DNA of 64,000 nucleotides, from the NCBI GenBank assembly GCA_032718475.1, contig JAUCBJ010004334.1:76921-140920 (forward strand). The letters run 5' to 3'. The DNA is from Nemertoderma westbladi. Taxonomy: Eukaryota > Animalia > Xenacoelomorpha. The translations under genes and the position numbers were made by a program. The notes under the pieces are model-generated. The model had not been told where the DNA came from and made no database searches. It saw only the letters and a program-made list of their open reading frames with translations. Shown here one piece after another: positions 48,199 through 60,774 of the stretch; position 1 is the first letter of the stretch, and each line of letters begins with the position of its first letter.

Positions 48199-49813
48199 TT
48201 ATATATGGAGTGGGTGTGTGACTATATTATTTTATATTTTTTTATTATTACTTTATATTTATGTATGGATTATTATGTACTTTATTATAATCGTTTTATT
48301 TAATTTTATTTAGTGGAATGTTATTTAGATTATTTAGTAGATTAGTGCAATATATTAGTGTTTATTACGTAATTACATAATATATCTAGTGCGACAGCGA
48401 GAAATAATTCTTTTCTCTTTCCTTACTGTCCGTATTATATTATAAATGCGAGACTATAGTAAGATGACATGTCCGTACTTATTAAAGTACAATAAAGCCA
48501 CTACTATATTTAAGTATTATTGGTAGGCAGAGTATTAGGAATGCAAAGTTCAGATCCTCGTGTCTCGGCTAAACCAAGCTCTGGGTAGACCTTGGAAACG
48601 ACTTGCCTCTTCACACTGACATTGCTTCGTGCGATATTGCTCTTCTACCTTATAACAAATAATACATATAGTAGCGTGATGTCCCTCTAACAGTAGCGTA
48701 AATCGCAAATAAATCTGTTAAACTTTTTGACCATCTGTAATTCTAGTCGATTAAGATATCGTGGCACCCACCGATATACTTGAAAGACAAATTCTAGAAT
48801 CAGTGGTTAACGTCCCCAGACAAGTTCTGGAATAAATCGGTGCTCATCCTAAATATTAATTTAATATTTATTAAAATCTGTAAAATCCCGATCCTTTAAA
48901 ATTTCTAGTCAATTAAGATATCGCAGTATTTACCGATATTCTTAGAAGGACTATTTTATAGAATTAAGGATCCTAAGTCCCCAGATATGCTCTGGAATAA
49001 AATTTGTGTCAATTTAACATCAAATAATAAAATTCACGGGAATAAATTTAAATTCATATTCAAATGAATTTCATAAATTGTCATTTTGTGCAATTTATAA
49101 CATTCCCAAAATTCCAGTAATTAATAGATCATGGGAGCGGAGATTCATATTGAGTGTACTAGAGTGCGAGAATCTCCAACATATAGTCAATAGCCGATAA
49201 AATTTATAAAATCATGCATAAAGAGGATATTGACAATTAAAGAATTACTATTAAATAGCATCCCAGATCTGTATGCATGAGAATTACCCTAATTCTACCG
49301 CTAGTTTTCCATAATGTCACCATGGCAACACCCACGCTAGAATTAGAAGCAAGTTAAAGGAACAATAAAAAGCTTGCCCCATTGCGTAGCATAAGAGTAT
49401 ACATAGCGCACTATTAGTATCCAAGGATACATAGTAATAACGTGACATTCTGGAAGACACTGATTAACGGACAAATGGCCTGCATGTGTGCAGTAAGTAA
49501 TGATTGTATGGAATTTGTGCGTTTATAGGTGAATGTTACTACTAAAGTGTGTTTACAGTAGCTAATCGCAATTGTAAAGTAGCCCTAACTCTACCGAGAT
49601 AACCTCAAGTGGATTCAAGCCTTTGGGACGGACAGTGGTGGGACTTGTGCCGGTTATCGTTGTCGTGCTGTTGCTACATGTTGGCGTAAACACCGCGACA
49701 ACGGTACATCGGCGCTGAGAAACCCACTGTCCGGGGGCAAAGACTAGTAGGCAGCGACGCCCGCTTGCCTAAATATTAACTCATGTTGATATTAATAAAC
49801 TCAGATAGCAGAT

Positions 49814-51984
49814 ATGACGGAATTGATAGAAGATGACCTTGGTATTAGAGAGCGATATACTCTACCTTTACAAGCGTTTGTGGATAGCTTGATACGCGGT
49901 GAAGCCGATCCGACTATTACGGAGGACGATGGTCGTTATATCGAACCGCCAATGTCCCAGGAACAACTTACGCGTGAATTGGACTATAGAAAATTCACCG
50001 CTCGCTATACGAATCGTAATGGTACATATATGGACTTCTTAACTACCGGCCATCCTACCGATTTACATGATACGGAAGATGTAGACACCGAAAGGGAAAT
50101 GGTTTTATTTAAATATCATGCCCAGCGGAATCGTAATGATAAACCGAGAATAGAACACGAGAACTCTATTCGCAACCTACTCGACAGAGAAAACGTTGAA
50201 GAACCCGATAAGTGCATCAACTTCAACGACTACTTGGAATTTTTGAGAGAAACCTATCTCAATATTGCCAGTCAACAGAACCTAGAGACTCGATATCCTC
50301 AAGGTATACATCACGATCCCATGGTAGAATTCAAACGACTCTATTTCACCATGATGAATACGGATGGAATTTCAAGGTCGGAAATCCCATCAACTATCAA
50401 CAAGTATACGGAGACCATTATTCTCGATTATACTTTGACGGACCGTTGACCGCACCTGGCGCCGTGTATAGCTTCATGAGTGTTCCACTCCGCCCCTCCT
50501 TAGCTATCTACACGATCTTCGAAAACACCGCACTTTCCGGTTGGCTAGCCGATGTGTGCAGTCGTACTATACGCGCCCATCCATTAATCCTTGGGACCAA
50601 ACTCGCTAAGCTAGATGAACATAATAAATTCATCCGCTTTGAATGTTTCCGACGATTTTTAACCCCGTTTCGCAACGTGGATAGCCAATTCAAAGACCGC
50701 GCTTTGACCAAGCTCAGCTTAAGAGACTCGGCTGCGGAGAAGTTAGATAGCGCTGGATTTGCTATTTTCAAGGACATTTGTATAATAAACCTGCACTCCT
50801 CTGTTATCCAAAGACCTCGAATCCCCACAGGTTATTCTGTCGTGGAAATTCAGACGGTAGGTCCACTTGAGGAGACGGCCATGCCTACCTCAACTATACA
50901 AGGGGAAGACGAACCCATATGTTTAGAATCTGAAGTGATTCAGCCCCCCACGTCTCGGAGTAGCGATAGCGACTACATATTGGAATGGTATCAAGGTCCA
51001 CAGTGTCTTACTGCGTATGATTATCGCCATGCCAATTATGTTTCTCGACAACGTTGTCGGCTGTGCGCATCGAGAGACCATATTACGTCTATGGACACCA
51101 ACGATCTCTGTTCCTATTTCCACGAGCAACCGTCGATGGAAATCTATTGTGCATATTGTCGGCTTAATAATTTGCACATTTTTGCTGTCTGCCCCCAATT
51201 TATGACTCAATGCCATCATTGTCAATTAAAAGGACACGCCAGCTTTGATTGTCCCTTTAATCATGATTTAGAGAGCGTAGATGAAATGATTGTACTACGT
51301 TATATCAGAGCTTGGGAAGCGAACGCTGATTTACATTGTGATTCACGCCATCGCTATTACCCTGGACGCGCTTACGAAGGAGTTTATGCGTTCCATCCTT
51401 ATTTGTTTGCCTCCGTCGAGCAGAAATCACGCCTATCAAGTTATGAACTATTGAAGCGCGTTGGAGAATGTATTTCAACTAAATATGTACGCAAATTTCT
51501 CAGGAGCATTAATCCGAGTGACATCCATTCTTACAACTTAATAAACTTTATCCGTCAAGACCCTGCCTATGGAGACTTATTTGTCAACTCACACCCCGAG
51601 TTACAGGAAGTATATCGACGGCCTTACGAGTATCGAGCCCGCGAACGCGAGTTGGAAAGAACCATTAAACCAAGGAAGTTTCTAACTACCTATGGTCCAC
51701 CCACGGCCCTCGTGCAGACCACTCGTACAGGACCCGTAAGAGCGGCTGTCTTGAAACGAGCTCTCAAAGCCGTTAGACCCCTCTCCCCGGACGTTGATGT
51801 CAATCAACCCGGTACTTCGACCGGCGGATATACCGATCGTAATCCCATACCTTCTGATGCAATCATATTGCACCCTTCACCCAGGAGTTATAGCCCTCCT
51901 CGTAAAGTGGCTCGCCCCAAAGAGAAAAGGACTCTTGCTAGCTTTAAAAAACTGCGTAAACGCCGTCCGCGCAAGAAAGACTAA
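49814..51984 (+). CDS. BEL accessory ORF3 (two overlapping frames): Cys/His zinc-finger protein with a basic C-terminus
   Basis: ORFs 49814-50449 and 50212-51984; CRLC..H..C, CAYC..H..C, CHHCQLKGHASFDC; KKLRKRRPRKK; ends 78 nt before the 3' LTR. Confidence 0.7.
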
Positions 51985-52062
51985 CTGTTTAGAGTATTTT
52001 TATATTTTAGAAACTGTGATTTTGTATATTTTATAGACTTAAATCCCATTTTCTGGGAGCGG

Positions 52063-53263
52063 TGTAAAAGCTTTTGTGGGATAACTGATTCGTTTGCCTT
52101 GCTGGCCAGTTCCCCCCCGGTCGCTAGAATACTCTAAAAAGGATCTATAGGTAAAATAGTGCAAGCTACCAGCTTATTGGCTGATGGGCTGTACGAAAGT
52201 ATCTGGGTTCTGTTCGATCAGCCAACCAGCTTAGGGAGGTTGCCTTAGCCCTGCTGTCCGTATCGGCCAATAGAATTTGAGTGGGCGTTGATTTTGACCT
52301 ATCCCAGAGCTACTGAACTGAATTTTCCTATCTCACTGCTCATCCTCTGTGTTGAACGGGAGCTTCGGGGAATAAGGGTAGTTGGTATCCTCGTATAGTT
52401 AGGTAGTCATATGATTTTATATGATTCTGTTGTTGTGTTCCCATTTTTCGCCATAACACCGGCTTTTTGGGAAGAACTCTAGTAAAACTGCTTAAATTAT
52501 CGAAAGTATAACTGTTATCCGATCAATCCGACCTAATTACTTATCTGATCTAATTAACTCACTATTAATCATATTGTTTGTACTGTTATTTACCGTCAGT
52601 TATTAATTGTATCTATTTGTTGATGGAAATATTGCTCTTTGGAGAATACGGATAAATCACCCAAATTTCCCAATTTTCTTGATACACTACAGGTTAGAGA
52701 GACAGGCTATATATAACAATTGCGATTTATATTAATGTGGTGTGTATTGAATCTAATGTTATTTAGCAGACCCTACATGAGTCAATTGCTGCTCTCTTTA
52801 TGTGTGATCAAATTTACTGACGGTCGGCAGAATAGTGTGCATGATTGTGATTGGTAACAAAGCATTTCCTAAAGAATGCGCCTTATACTTTAATCATAAG
52901 CAGTATCGTTGCGTTTAGTATAAGTCCTAGTTCTGTTTAAATAGATAGAGCGCCACGTCCTAAAGGAACTGTTAATATTTCCCGAAAGCCAATAATATCT
53001 GTCAGAAATTAATTAATAACGATCAATCGAATAATACAGTAGGTTTACACTGCAACCTTACACTGCAATAATAAAATTTAAGCAGCCGAATTCAGCCTCC
53101 CGGGTGTAGATCCATCGGGTGAATGATCGCGCATGGGCTGGCTTCGGGTAATGTTTTGTTTATTAGCATAAAATATTGTCGTATGCTAAAGGTGTTTTAA
53201 TTAACTAAAAGACATATAAATTTTGGCAGGTTAAACTGCTAAAGGTCTTCAAAAGCGCGAACA
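52063..53263 (+). repeat. 3' LTR
   Basis: Preceded by short purine-rich GGGAGCGG (PPT). Confidence 0.95.
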
Positions 53264-54194
53264 AATTGACATGTTTTTGATAATCATATGTGATGTTAAA
53301 CACAGTTTACAACTTTGGTTTTGGTACCATAATGTCGAATGTTCTATAGATCCCTATGTAGTTGAAAGAGCCAACATATATTTTATATTTATTATCTTTC
53401 ATATGAAAATTAAAATGAATAACAGCAAAATGTCTATAACTGTAAGATAAGAAGTTCTGCAACACGAGGACGTGATGATTGATGGAGGGGAGTGTCACAA
53501 CTGTATTATAACTTGTGCACCACCTAGCGGCCAGTATCGGTCTAACAATTACAATACATTAACTTTCATTTACTGGTAGATGGCTCATTCAATTACGTAG
53601 TATAAAAGTAGCCAGAAGTTCTTATAACGGTTGGTACCGGTAGAGAATATTAAGATTATTATTAATTATCTTTAGAACACATAATTAACTTAATTTATAA
53701 AATACTGATTATTGATTACCAATTAAACAGAAAACCTTTTTCATTTTATATATTCTCTCTATTATTCTACGGCGCGCCCTCACCCACACTCTATCCGTAC
53801 CCGCCGCAGTCACTTCAGCAGTCTCGCGACCTGATCTCCCACACCTTTACTGTCCCACAATCAAAGGATTGGCATCTAAAGAAACTCTTGGCCGGTAAGC
53901 CCAATGAGTTCATACGACAAGTACAAAGTTTATTTCTAGGGAAGTTATCTTTACAGTAGTACTTTAGTACCCCCATAGAGATAGTTTGTTTATAATATTC
54001 ACATAGATTTGTCATTGTAAAATATTCTGCACTCAACTATATTTTGTCAAAGTATTGTTGGGATTTCTTTAAAACGTAATGACAAATATGAAATATGGAG
54101 TAATTTATTACGTAGCTACAGTGGCTTACATTTTAATGAGGTGATGTTGATTTAGTTACTAATAAACAAAAACGAATACACTTTATATCTTCAA

Positions 54195-55947
54195 ATGCCA
54201 ATTCCTTTCGCATTACCGCTCATACTCTTCTGGACGCCATTAATTTACCCTCGTGTTGGAAACGGACCAACGCGTATACAATGTTCCAACAATAAATACA
54301 TATGTATGACGTCACGCGACCGATCCCTAGCAACCAATGCGGAGGCGATGGTTTTCTACGGGACAGACTTTAGCGTCGAGGACGTACCGTTACCACGGTC
54401 AACTGACCAATTATGGTGTCTAATTCACGAAGAATCTCCTTACAATAACTTTATTTTATCTCATTACGACGCCATATCGCTATTTAATATAACTACAACT
54501 TTCTCGAGATATTCCGATATGCCTTTAGTGACGTCATCGCTGTATGACGTAGAGTATCTACTACGTAAGGCTGTAGATTATGAAGTAAAAGAATCCGCGA
54601 GACAAGAAGGATTGGCACCTGTAATGTACCTACAGACGCAATGTCTGGACTCCGCCGACAGAGGGCGCTACATAGCCGAGCTAAGGCGCCATCTAGTGGT
54701 AGATTCGTACGGGGCGTGTTTAAATAATAAAAATCTCCCGGAACACCTGAAAGATACATCGACAATGGAACACCCCGATCTACTAAAACTTATGGCTAAA
54801 TATAAATTTATTTTAGCTTTCGAGAATGCAATTTGTAACGATTATATAACCGAAAAGTTGTGGCGGACTTTACATGTCGGCGCCGTGCCGATTTATCGAG
54901 GTTCGCCATCGGCGCTCGATTGGTTGCCTAGCAACCATAGCGCTATCATTGTGGATTCTGGAATGTCTCCCAAGGAGTTAGCAGATCTCGTCAATCGATT
55001 GGATAGAAATCGAACAGAGTATATTAGGTATATGGCGTACAAGCACGACGGCTTATCCAATCAGAGGTTGTTACATCACTTGAATGAGCGGCAGTGGGCG
55101 ATAAACAAACGGGGACGGCCCAATTTCATACAAAGTTTCGAATGCACCGTCTGCGAACAGTTGCATAGACGGACTGGAAGTAGAGTAGCCAATCAGAGCC
55201 ATCTCGGTTGTCCGATACCAACGCCATCTATTGGTAGCTTGGGGAACTTGAAAAACAACGACCAGTGAGTTAATATTGTAAAAGTTTCCGAGTTAATTTA
55301 TTAATTTAGTTCAACATTTACCGGCAACCTTAATAATTGTAGTTGTAATTTTTGCTAATTTGTAAGTGAATAATGCAATTGTCCCATTCGAGTAGGATAC
55401 AGTTATCGTTATCGCAACTTATTTAAATATAAGTTAATGTTTATAAGAGTCACCCAACCGATTTCTATTGTACCATATTCAGAGACTACATAGGGAGGGG
55501 AGGGGGACTTGGACGCAAAAAAACCATCCCTGTCCAGGGGATAATTGGACGCAAATAACAGCTGATTACTCCCACAAATAAAACTGTAACCTGTTCTATT
55601 GTGTTTAGTTTGTTTTGGTTAAAATAACGTGCCACTGTAACCTGCTCCTTTCCCTAAATTGAGAATTTAACATTGAAGTGGGATATTAATTCGCCAAGAT
55701 TAGATATGCGTCCAGTTTCCCCCTCCCCCTGTTTCCCAGAGACTCAATCCAACCAAATCACAATAATACAGAAAACCTCTTTATTTCCAGGTTATGGAGA
55801 CACATAAACGACTGGAGGTTCACAAGAACTCAGGCGAAAGTTCTCAACGAATTTGTCCGTAAAAACCGTAAATATTCCGAGGAAGAGTTTTGGGATGAGG
55901 CACAAACGAGGCATTCTAATCTATTTAATCAAAAAAATGAACTTTGA
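54195..55947 (+). CDS. FUT10: Alpha-1,3-fucosyltransferase 10/11 family (GT10; POFUT3/4-like); exons 54195-55264 and 55791-55947, true 5' end uncertain
   Basis: FYGTDF..LP, HEESP.NN, TTFSRYSD, VDSYGACL, YKFILAFENAICNDYITEKLW, VPIYRGSP; phase-2 intron GTGAGT..TTTCCAG gives an open exon ending KNEL*. Confidence 0.88.
55488..55736. mobile_element. MITE in the FUT10/11 intron
   Basis: Inverted GGGGAGGGGG..TGGACGCA / TGCGTCCA..CCCCCTCCCC; 8-bp TSD CAGAGACT at 55480-55487 and 55737-55744. Confidence 0.75.
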
Positions 55948-55948
55948 A

Positions 55949-56112
55949 ATATCCGTTTATATCCATTTATTAATAATCGTTTATCCGTTTATAAATATTC
56001 GTTTATTTATATTCGTTTATTAGTTTAATAATATTTGTTTATCCGTTTATTTATATTCGTTTATTAATATTCGTTTATCATTATCCGTTTATTAATATCC
56101 GTTTATTAGTTT
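55949..56112. repeat. Degenerate ATCCGTTTAT/ATTCGTTTAT tandem repeat in the 3' UTR region
   Basis: Direct inspection. Confidence 0.75.
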
Positions 56113-56121
56113 ATTAATAAC

Positions 56122-57856
56122 TATTTACATACTTGTGTGTAAAGTAGCACTTTACAGTGTCATGATCCGAGTGGCTTTGTTACACGAATGTTAAAGCTTT
56201 CGCCCATTTTACACAATGCGCTGGTTACTCTAAACCCTTGAAAAACTCTAACTTTGTATTTTTATGAACTGATGTGAACTTACTCCCTCCAGCGTTTATT
56301 CCAAGTATAACACTTTCCCCTACATTCCCACAGAAACCCAAAAGCTCAGATTACGAAATCACCAGTCATTGGATACTATCCCCTTTGTTTACGTTCTTCT
56401 TTGTTAGTCACCGTCCAATCAGTATACTTTCCCTCCTACGTCACCCCATAGACTGAATTACCGGATCCATTGGTTACGGGTTGATGGCATGGAAACTGGT
56501 CCCTGATTGGGAGTTCTTGCATGTTCCATACTTTCTACGGCGATCGATATGATTCATGCTTTGTGGACTACTTGAGGCAAGAATATTCTTGCAGCCCTCA
56601 GTGTGAGTGTTTATTCACTTGCTGACGTGCCCAGTAACACCAGCGGCCAGAGAGTTATAAAGCACAATGAATAATCTCTCGTCCATTCCTGACTTTCTGA
56701 CTGATGATTAAATGCCTCACACCGCGTAATTTATATTGTTATAATACTGCGATTTGTTACATATTGATTAATGCTAATAGTTAGAGAATACTTACGAATA
56801 ACCGGTAGATCTCTTGGTTTTCTTGATTATTGAGGTAAAGCGGAGGGGTTTACTATTCACAATTGCCTAGTTCAAATAACAGTTGTTTGTATGAGTTTAT
56901 GCCGTTTCATAGTCCCCAACGTACGTGAGTTAAGTTCTCCCTATATGCAAGTAAAATTGGTGACTGTTGGCAAATTAGCGTGTTTCAGTACTATTGCCCG
57001 TCTGTGTGAGAGTGTGAACGTTCAATAAATACATCCCTAAAGGATGAAAACATTTGCGTTATCTTATGCCCACCCGGTTGTAATTCGTATAAGTCATATC
57101 TCTGCGTAGTATTTATAGCGCAGCACCTGAAAGGAACTGTCAATATTTAACGGAAAATAAACATAGTTTTTAGAGATTATATAGTAGAGATCAATCGAAT
57201 AATACAAAGTGTCCTACGGCTCTTTCTGCCATAAAATCCAGTCTCCCACATCCGGTGGGTCGCCGCGCTAGACTGGCTTCGGCTGTGTTCATCTGTCTTG
57301 GGCTGTCAGGAATTAATTAATAGACATATAAATTAGCAGGTTAAACTGTTAAAGGTCTAAAAGCGCGAACAACGAACGAACGTTAGTGAATGAGTGAAAA
57401 TAAAGCCACGAGGATCCGAACACTGTAAAGTACTTTGCAACAAGTATGTATGTAGTTTTATTCCAAAATTTTAACATTACGAAATATGTTATAAATAAGT
57501 TAGCTTATATTTATGGTGGCGTTTGGAGCCATGTTATAATAATATAGCTAGGCCCTACTGGTTATTAATAGCTATACCCCGCCTACCGGTAGGTAATGCA
57601 GTAGGCCTATCTGGCTGTCAGGCAAATTTCCACCTATTGTTTATGTGGTATCCAATTACGGCGTTAAGTAATGTCCCCTTAGTGGTCATTACTTAACGCC
57701 GTCATGGGTTACCACGTAAACAATAGCACCAAATACAATACTAAATGTACAGGCCAATACAATGCTGTAATGTCATCTAAAGTTGTAAAGTGCTAAATAA
57801 CAACTCGTTGTTAATACTAACGGCGTTGAGTAATGTTACAATTTTGGAATAAAATA
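56122..57856. mobile_element. Palindromic non-autonomous element(s) hosting the solo LTR
   Basis: Inverted arms at about 56126-56177 / 57402-57450, 57457-57480 / 57830-57854 and 57656-57675 / 57687-57705. Confidence 0.5.
56189..57371 (+). mobile_element. Solo LTR of a related BEL/Pao family
   Basis: TG..CA; 5-bp TSD ACGAA at 56184-56188 and 57372-57376; 3' end GCAGGTTAAACTG.TAAAGGTC..AAAAGCGCGAACA shared with the 40-53 kb LTRs. Confidence 0.88.
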
Positions 57857-58001
57857 ATGTTATACATTATTTAAAATGCAATAAATAATAATTAAATGCA
57901 AGCTACTGCTAATACTGAGCGGCTACTGGCCCTCGATATCTCGTTCCATATTCTAGAACGCTATCAACAGGATTCACTTAATTTATATGGTTAGTTAAAT
58001 A

Positions 58002-60406
58002 ACGAACCATTCTACCGCATGCCCTGCGCGAAGTCAGAGGGTCGCTACCTAATCGAACCATTCTACCGCACGCCCTGCGCGAAGTCAGAGGGTCGCTACC
58101 TAATCGAACCATTCTACCGCACGCCCTGCGCGAAGTCAGAGGGTCGCTACCTAATCGAACCATTCTACCGCACGCCCTGCGCAAAGTCAGAGGGTCGCTA
58201 CCTAATCGAACCATTCTACCGCACGCCCTGCGCGAAGTCAGGGGGTCGCTACCTAATCGAACCATTCTACCGCACGCCCTGCGCGAAGTCAGAGGGTCGC
58301 TACCTAATCGAACCGTTCTACCGCACACCCTGCGCGAAGTCAGAGGGTCGCTACCTAATCGAACCATTCTACCGCACGCCCTGCGCGAAGTCAGAGGGTC
58401 GCTACCTAATCGAACCATTCTACCGCACGCCCTGCGCGAAGTCAGAGGGTCGCTAACTAATCGAACCATTCTACCGCACGCCCTGCGCGAAGTCAGAGGG
58501 TCGCTACCTAATCGAACCATTCTACCGCACGCCCTGCGCGAAGTCAGAGGGTCGCTACCTAATCGAACCATTCTACCGCACGCCCTGCGCGAAGTCAGAG
58601 GGTCGCTACCTAATCGAACCATTCTACCGCACGCCCTGCGCGAAGTCAGAGGGTCGCTACCTAATCGAACCATTCTACCGCACGCCCTGCGCGAAGTCAG
58701 AGGGTCGCTACCTAATCGAACCATTCTACCGCACGCCCTGCGCGAAGTCAGAGGGTCGCTAACTAATCGAACCATTCTACCGCACGCCCTGCGCGAAGTC
58801 AGAGGGTCGCTACCTAATCGAACCATTCTACCGCACGCCCTGCGCGAAGTCAGAGGGTCGCTACCTAATCGAACCGTTCTACCGCACGCCCTGCGCGAAG
58901 TCAGAGGGTCGCTACCTAATCGAACCATTCTACCGCACGCCCTGCGCGAAGTCAGAGGGTCGCTACCTAATCGAACCATTCTACCGCACGCCCTGCGCGA
59001 AGTCAGAGGGTCGCTAACTAATCGAACCATTCTACCGCACGCCCTGCGCGAAGTCAGAGGGTCGCTACCTAATCGAACCATTCTACCGCACGCCCTGCGC
59101 GAAGTCAGAGGGTCGCTACCTAATCGAACCATTCTACCGCACGCCCTGCGCGAAGTCAGAGGGTCGCTACCTAATCGAACCATTCTACCGCACGCCCTGC
59201 GCGAAGTCAGAGGGTCGCTACCTAATCGAACCATTCTACCGCACGCCCTGCGCGAAGTCAGAGGGTCGCTACCTAATCGAACCATTCTACCGCACGCCCT
59301 GCGCGAAGTCAGAGGGTCGCTACCTAATCGAACCATTCTACCGCACGCCCTGCGCGAAGTCAGAGGGTCGCTACCTAATCGAACCATTCTACCGCACGCC
59401 CTGCGCGAAGTCAGAGGGTCGCTACCTAATCGAACCATTCTACCGCACGCCCTGCGCGAAGTCAGAGGGTCGCTACCTAATCGAACCATTCTACCGCACG
59501 CCCTGCGCGAAGTCAGAGGGTCGCTACCTAATTGAACCATTCTACCGCACGCCCTGCGCGAAGTCAGAGGGTCGCTACCTAATTGAACCATTCTACCGCA
59601 CGCCCTGCGCGAAGTCAGAGGGTCGCTACCTAATTGAACCATTCTACCGCACGCCCTGCGCGAAGTCAGAGGGTCGCTACCTAATTGAACCATTCTACCG
59701 CACGCCCTGCGCGAAGTCAGAGGGTCGCTACCTAATCGAACCATTCTACCGCACGCCCTGCGCGAAGTCAGAGGGTCGCTACCTAATCGAACCATTCTAC
59801 CGCACGCCCTGCGCGAAGTCAGAGGGTCGCTACCTAATCGAACCGTTCTACCGCACGCCCTGCGCGAAGTCAGAGGGTCGCTACCTAATTGAACCATTCT
59901 ACCGCACGCCCTGCGCGAAGTCAGAGGGTCGCTACCTAATTGAACCATTCTACCGCACGCCCTGCGCGAAGTCAGAGGGTCGCTACCTAATCGTAACCAT
60001 TCTACCGCACGCCCTGCGCGAAGTCAGAGGGTCGCTACCTAATCGAACCATTCTACCGCACGCCCTGCGCGAAGTCAGAGGGTCGCTACCTAATCGAACC
60101 ATTCTACCGCACGCCCTGCGCGAAGTCAGAGGGTCGCTACCTAATCGAACCATTCTACCGCACGCCCTGCGCGAAGTCAGAGGGTCGCTACCTAATCGAA
60201 CCATTCTACCGCACGCCCTGCGCGAAGTCAGAGGGTCGCTACCTAATCGAACCATTCTACCGCACGCCCTGCGCGAAGTCAGAGGGTCGCTACCTAATCG
60301 AACCATTCTACCGCACGCCCTGCGCGAAGTCAGAGGGTCGCTACCTAATCGAACCATTCTACCGCACGCCCTGCGCGAAGTCAGAGGGTCGCTACCTAAT
60401 CGAACC
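58002..60406. repeat. 51-bp CpG-rich minisatellite, about 47 near-identical copies
   Basis: Unit CGAACCATTCTACCGCACGCCCTGCGCGAAGTCAGAGGGTCGCTACCTAAT. Confidence 0.97.
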
Positions 60407-60774
60407 AGATAGTAAAAACAGGCCTTGCAGAAGATACCTCGAGTAATAAAAAATTATTTAATTAATTAATTTATAACCTTTTTCACTGTTGTCGAGGCAT
60501 TTCTTTTCGATTCAAACGAAAAAGTAACAATTTAAGAATAAAAATATTTGAAGCAGAATAATTCATTATTTATAATTCTTAAATTAAATATATTATGAAA
60601 ACAATTTATAATAAAATTATACTAACCGATTGGAGAGTAACAGCATATAATAACCAATTAATTATTCTAATAATTCATTATTTATTCTATAATAATTAAT
60701 AATAAGACACATAAACCATGCCTAATATAATATACACACAAACATATGGTAAAGTATTACATAACAATACTTAT

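Larger units (their letters stand above)
40049..53263 (+). mobile_element. BEL/Pao LTR retrotransposon, non-autonomous (RT and most of integrase deleted), with an extra 3' ORF
   Basis: 1201-bp LTRs TG..CA; 5-bp TSD AATTG at 40044-40048 and 53264-53268; BEL gag, triple zinc knuckle and protease. Confidence 0.93.

Noticed and set aside
49814-51984. env gene interpretation of ORF3
   Set aside because: No signal peptide or transmembrane anchor; zinc fingers and a basic tail instead
53515-53534. CTCF-like motif (TGGCCGCTAGGTGGTGCA on the minus strand)
   Set aside because: A single short motif match with no independent support
57978-60357. 656-aa and 124-aa repeat ORFs; CRISPR-like appearance
   Set aside because: A by-product of a 51-bp (3n) unit lacking stops in one frame; no unique spacers, no cas genes, eukaryotic context
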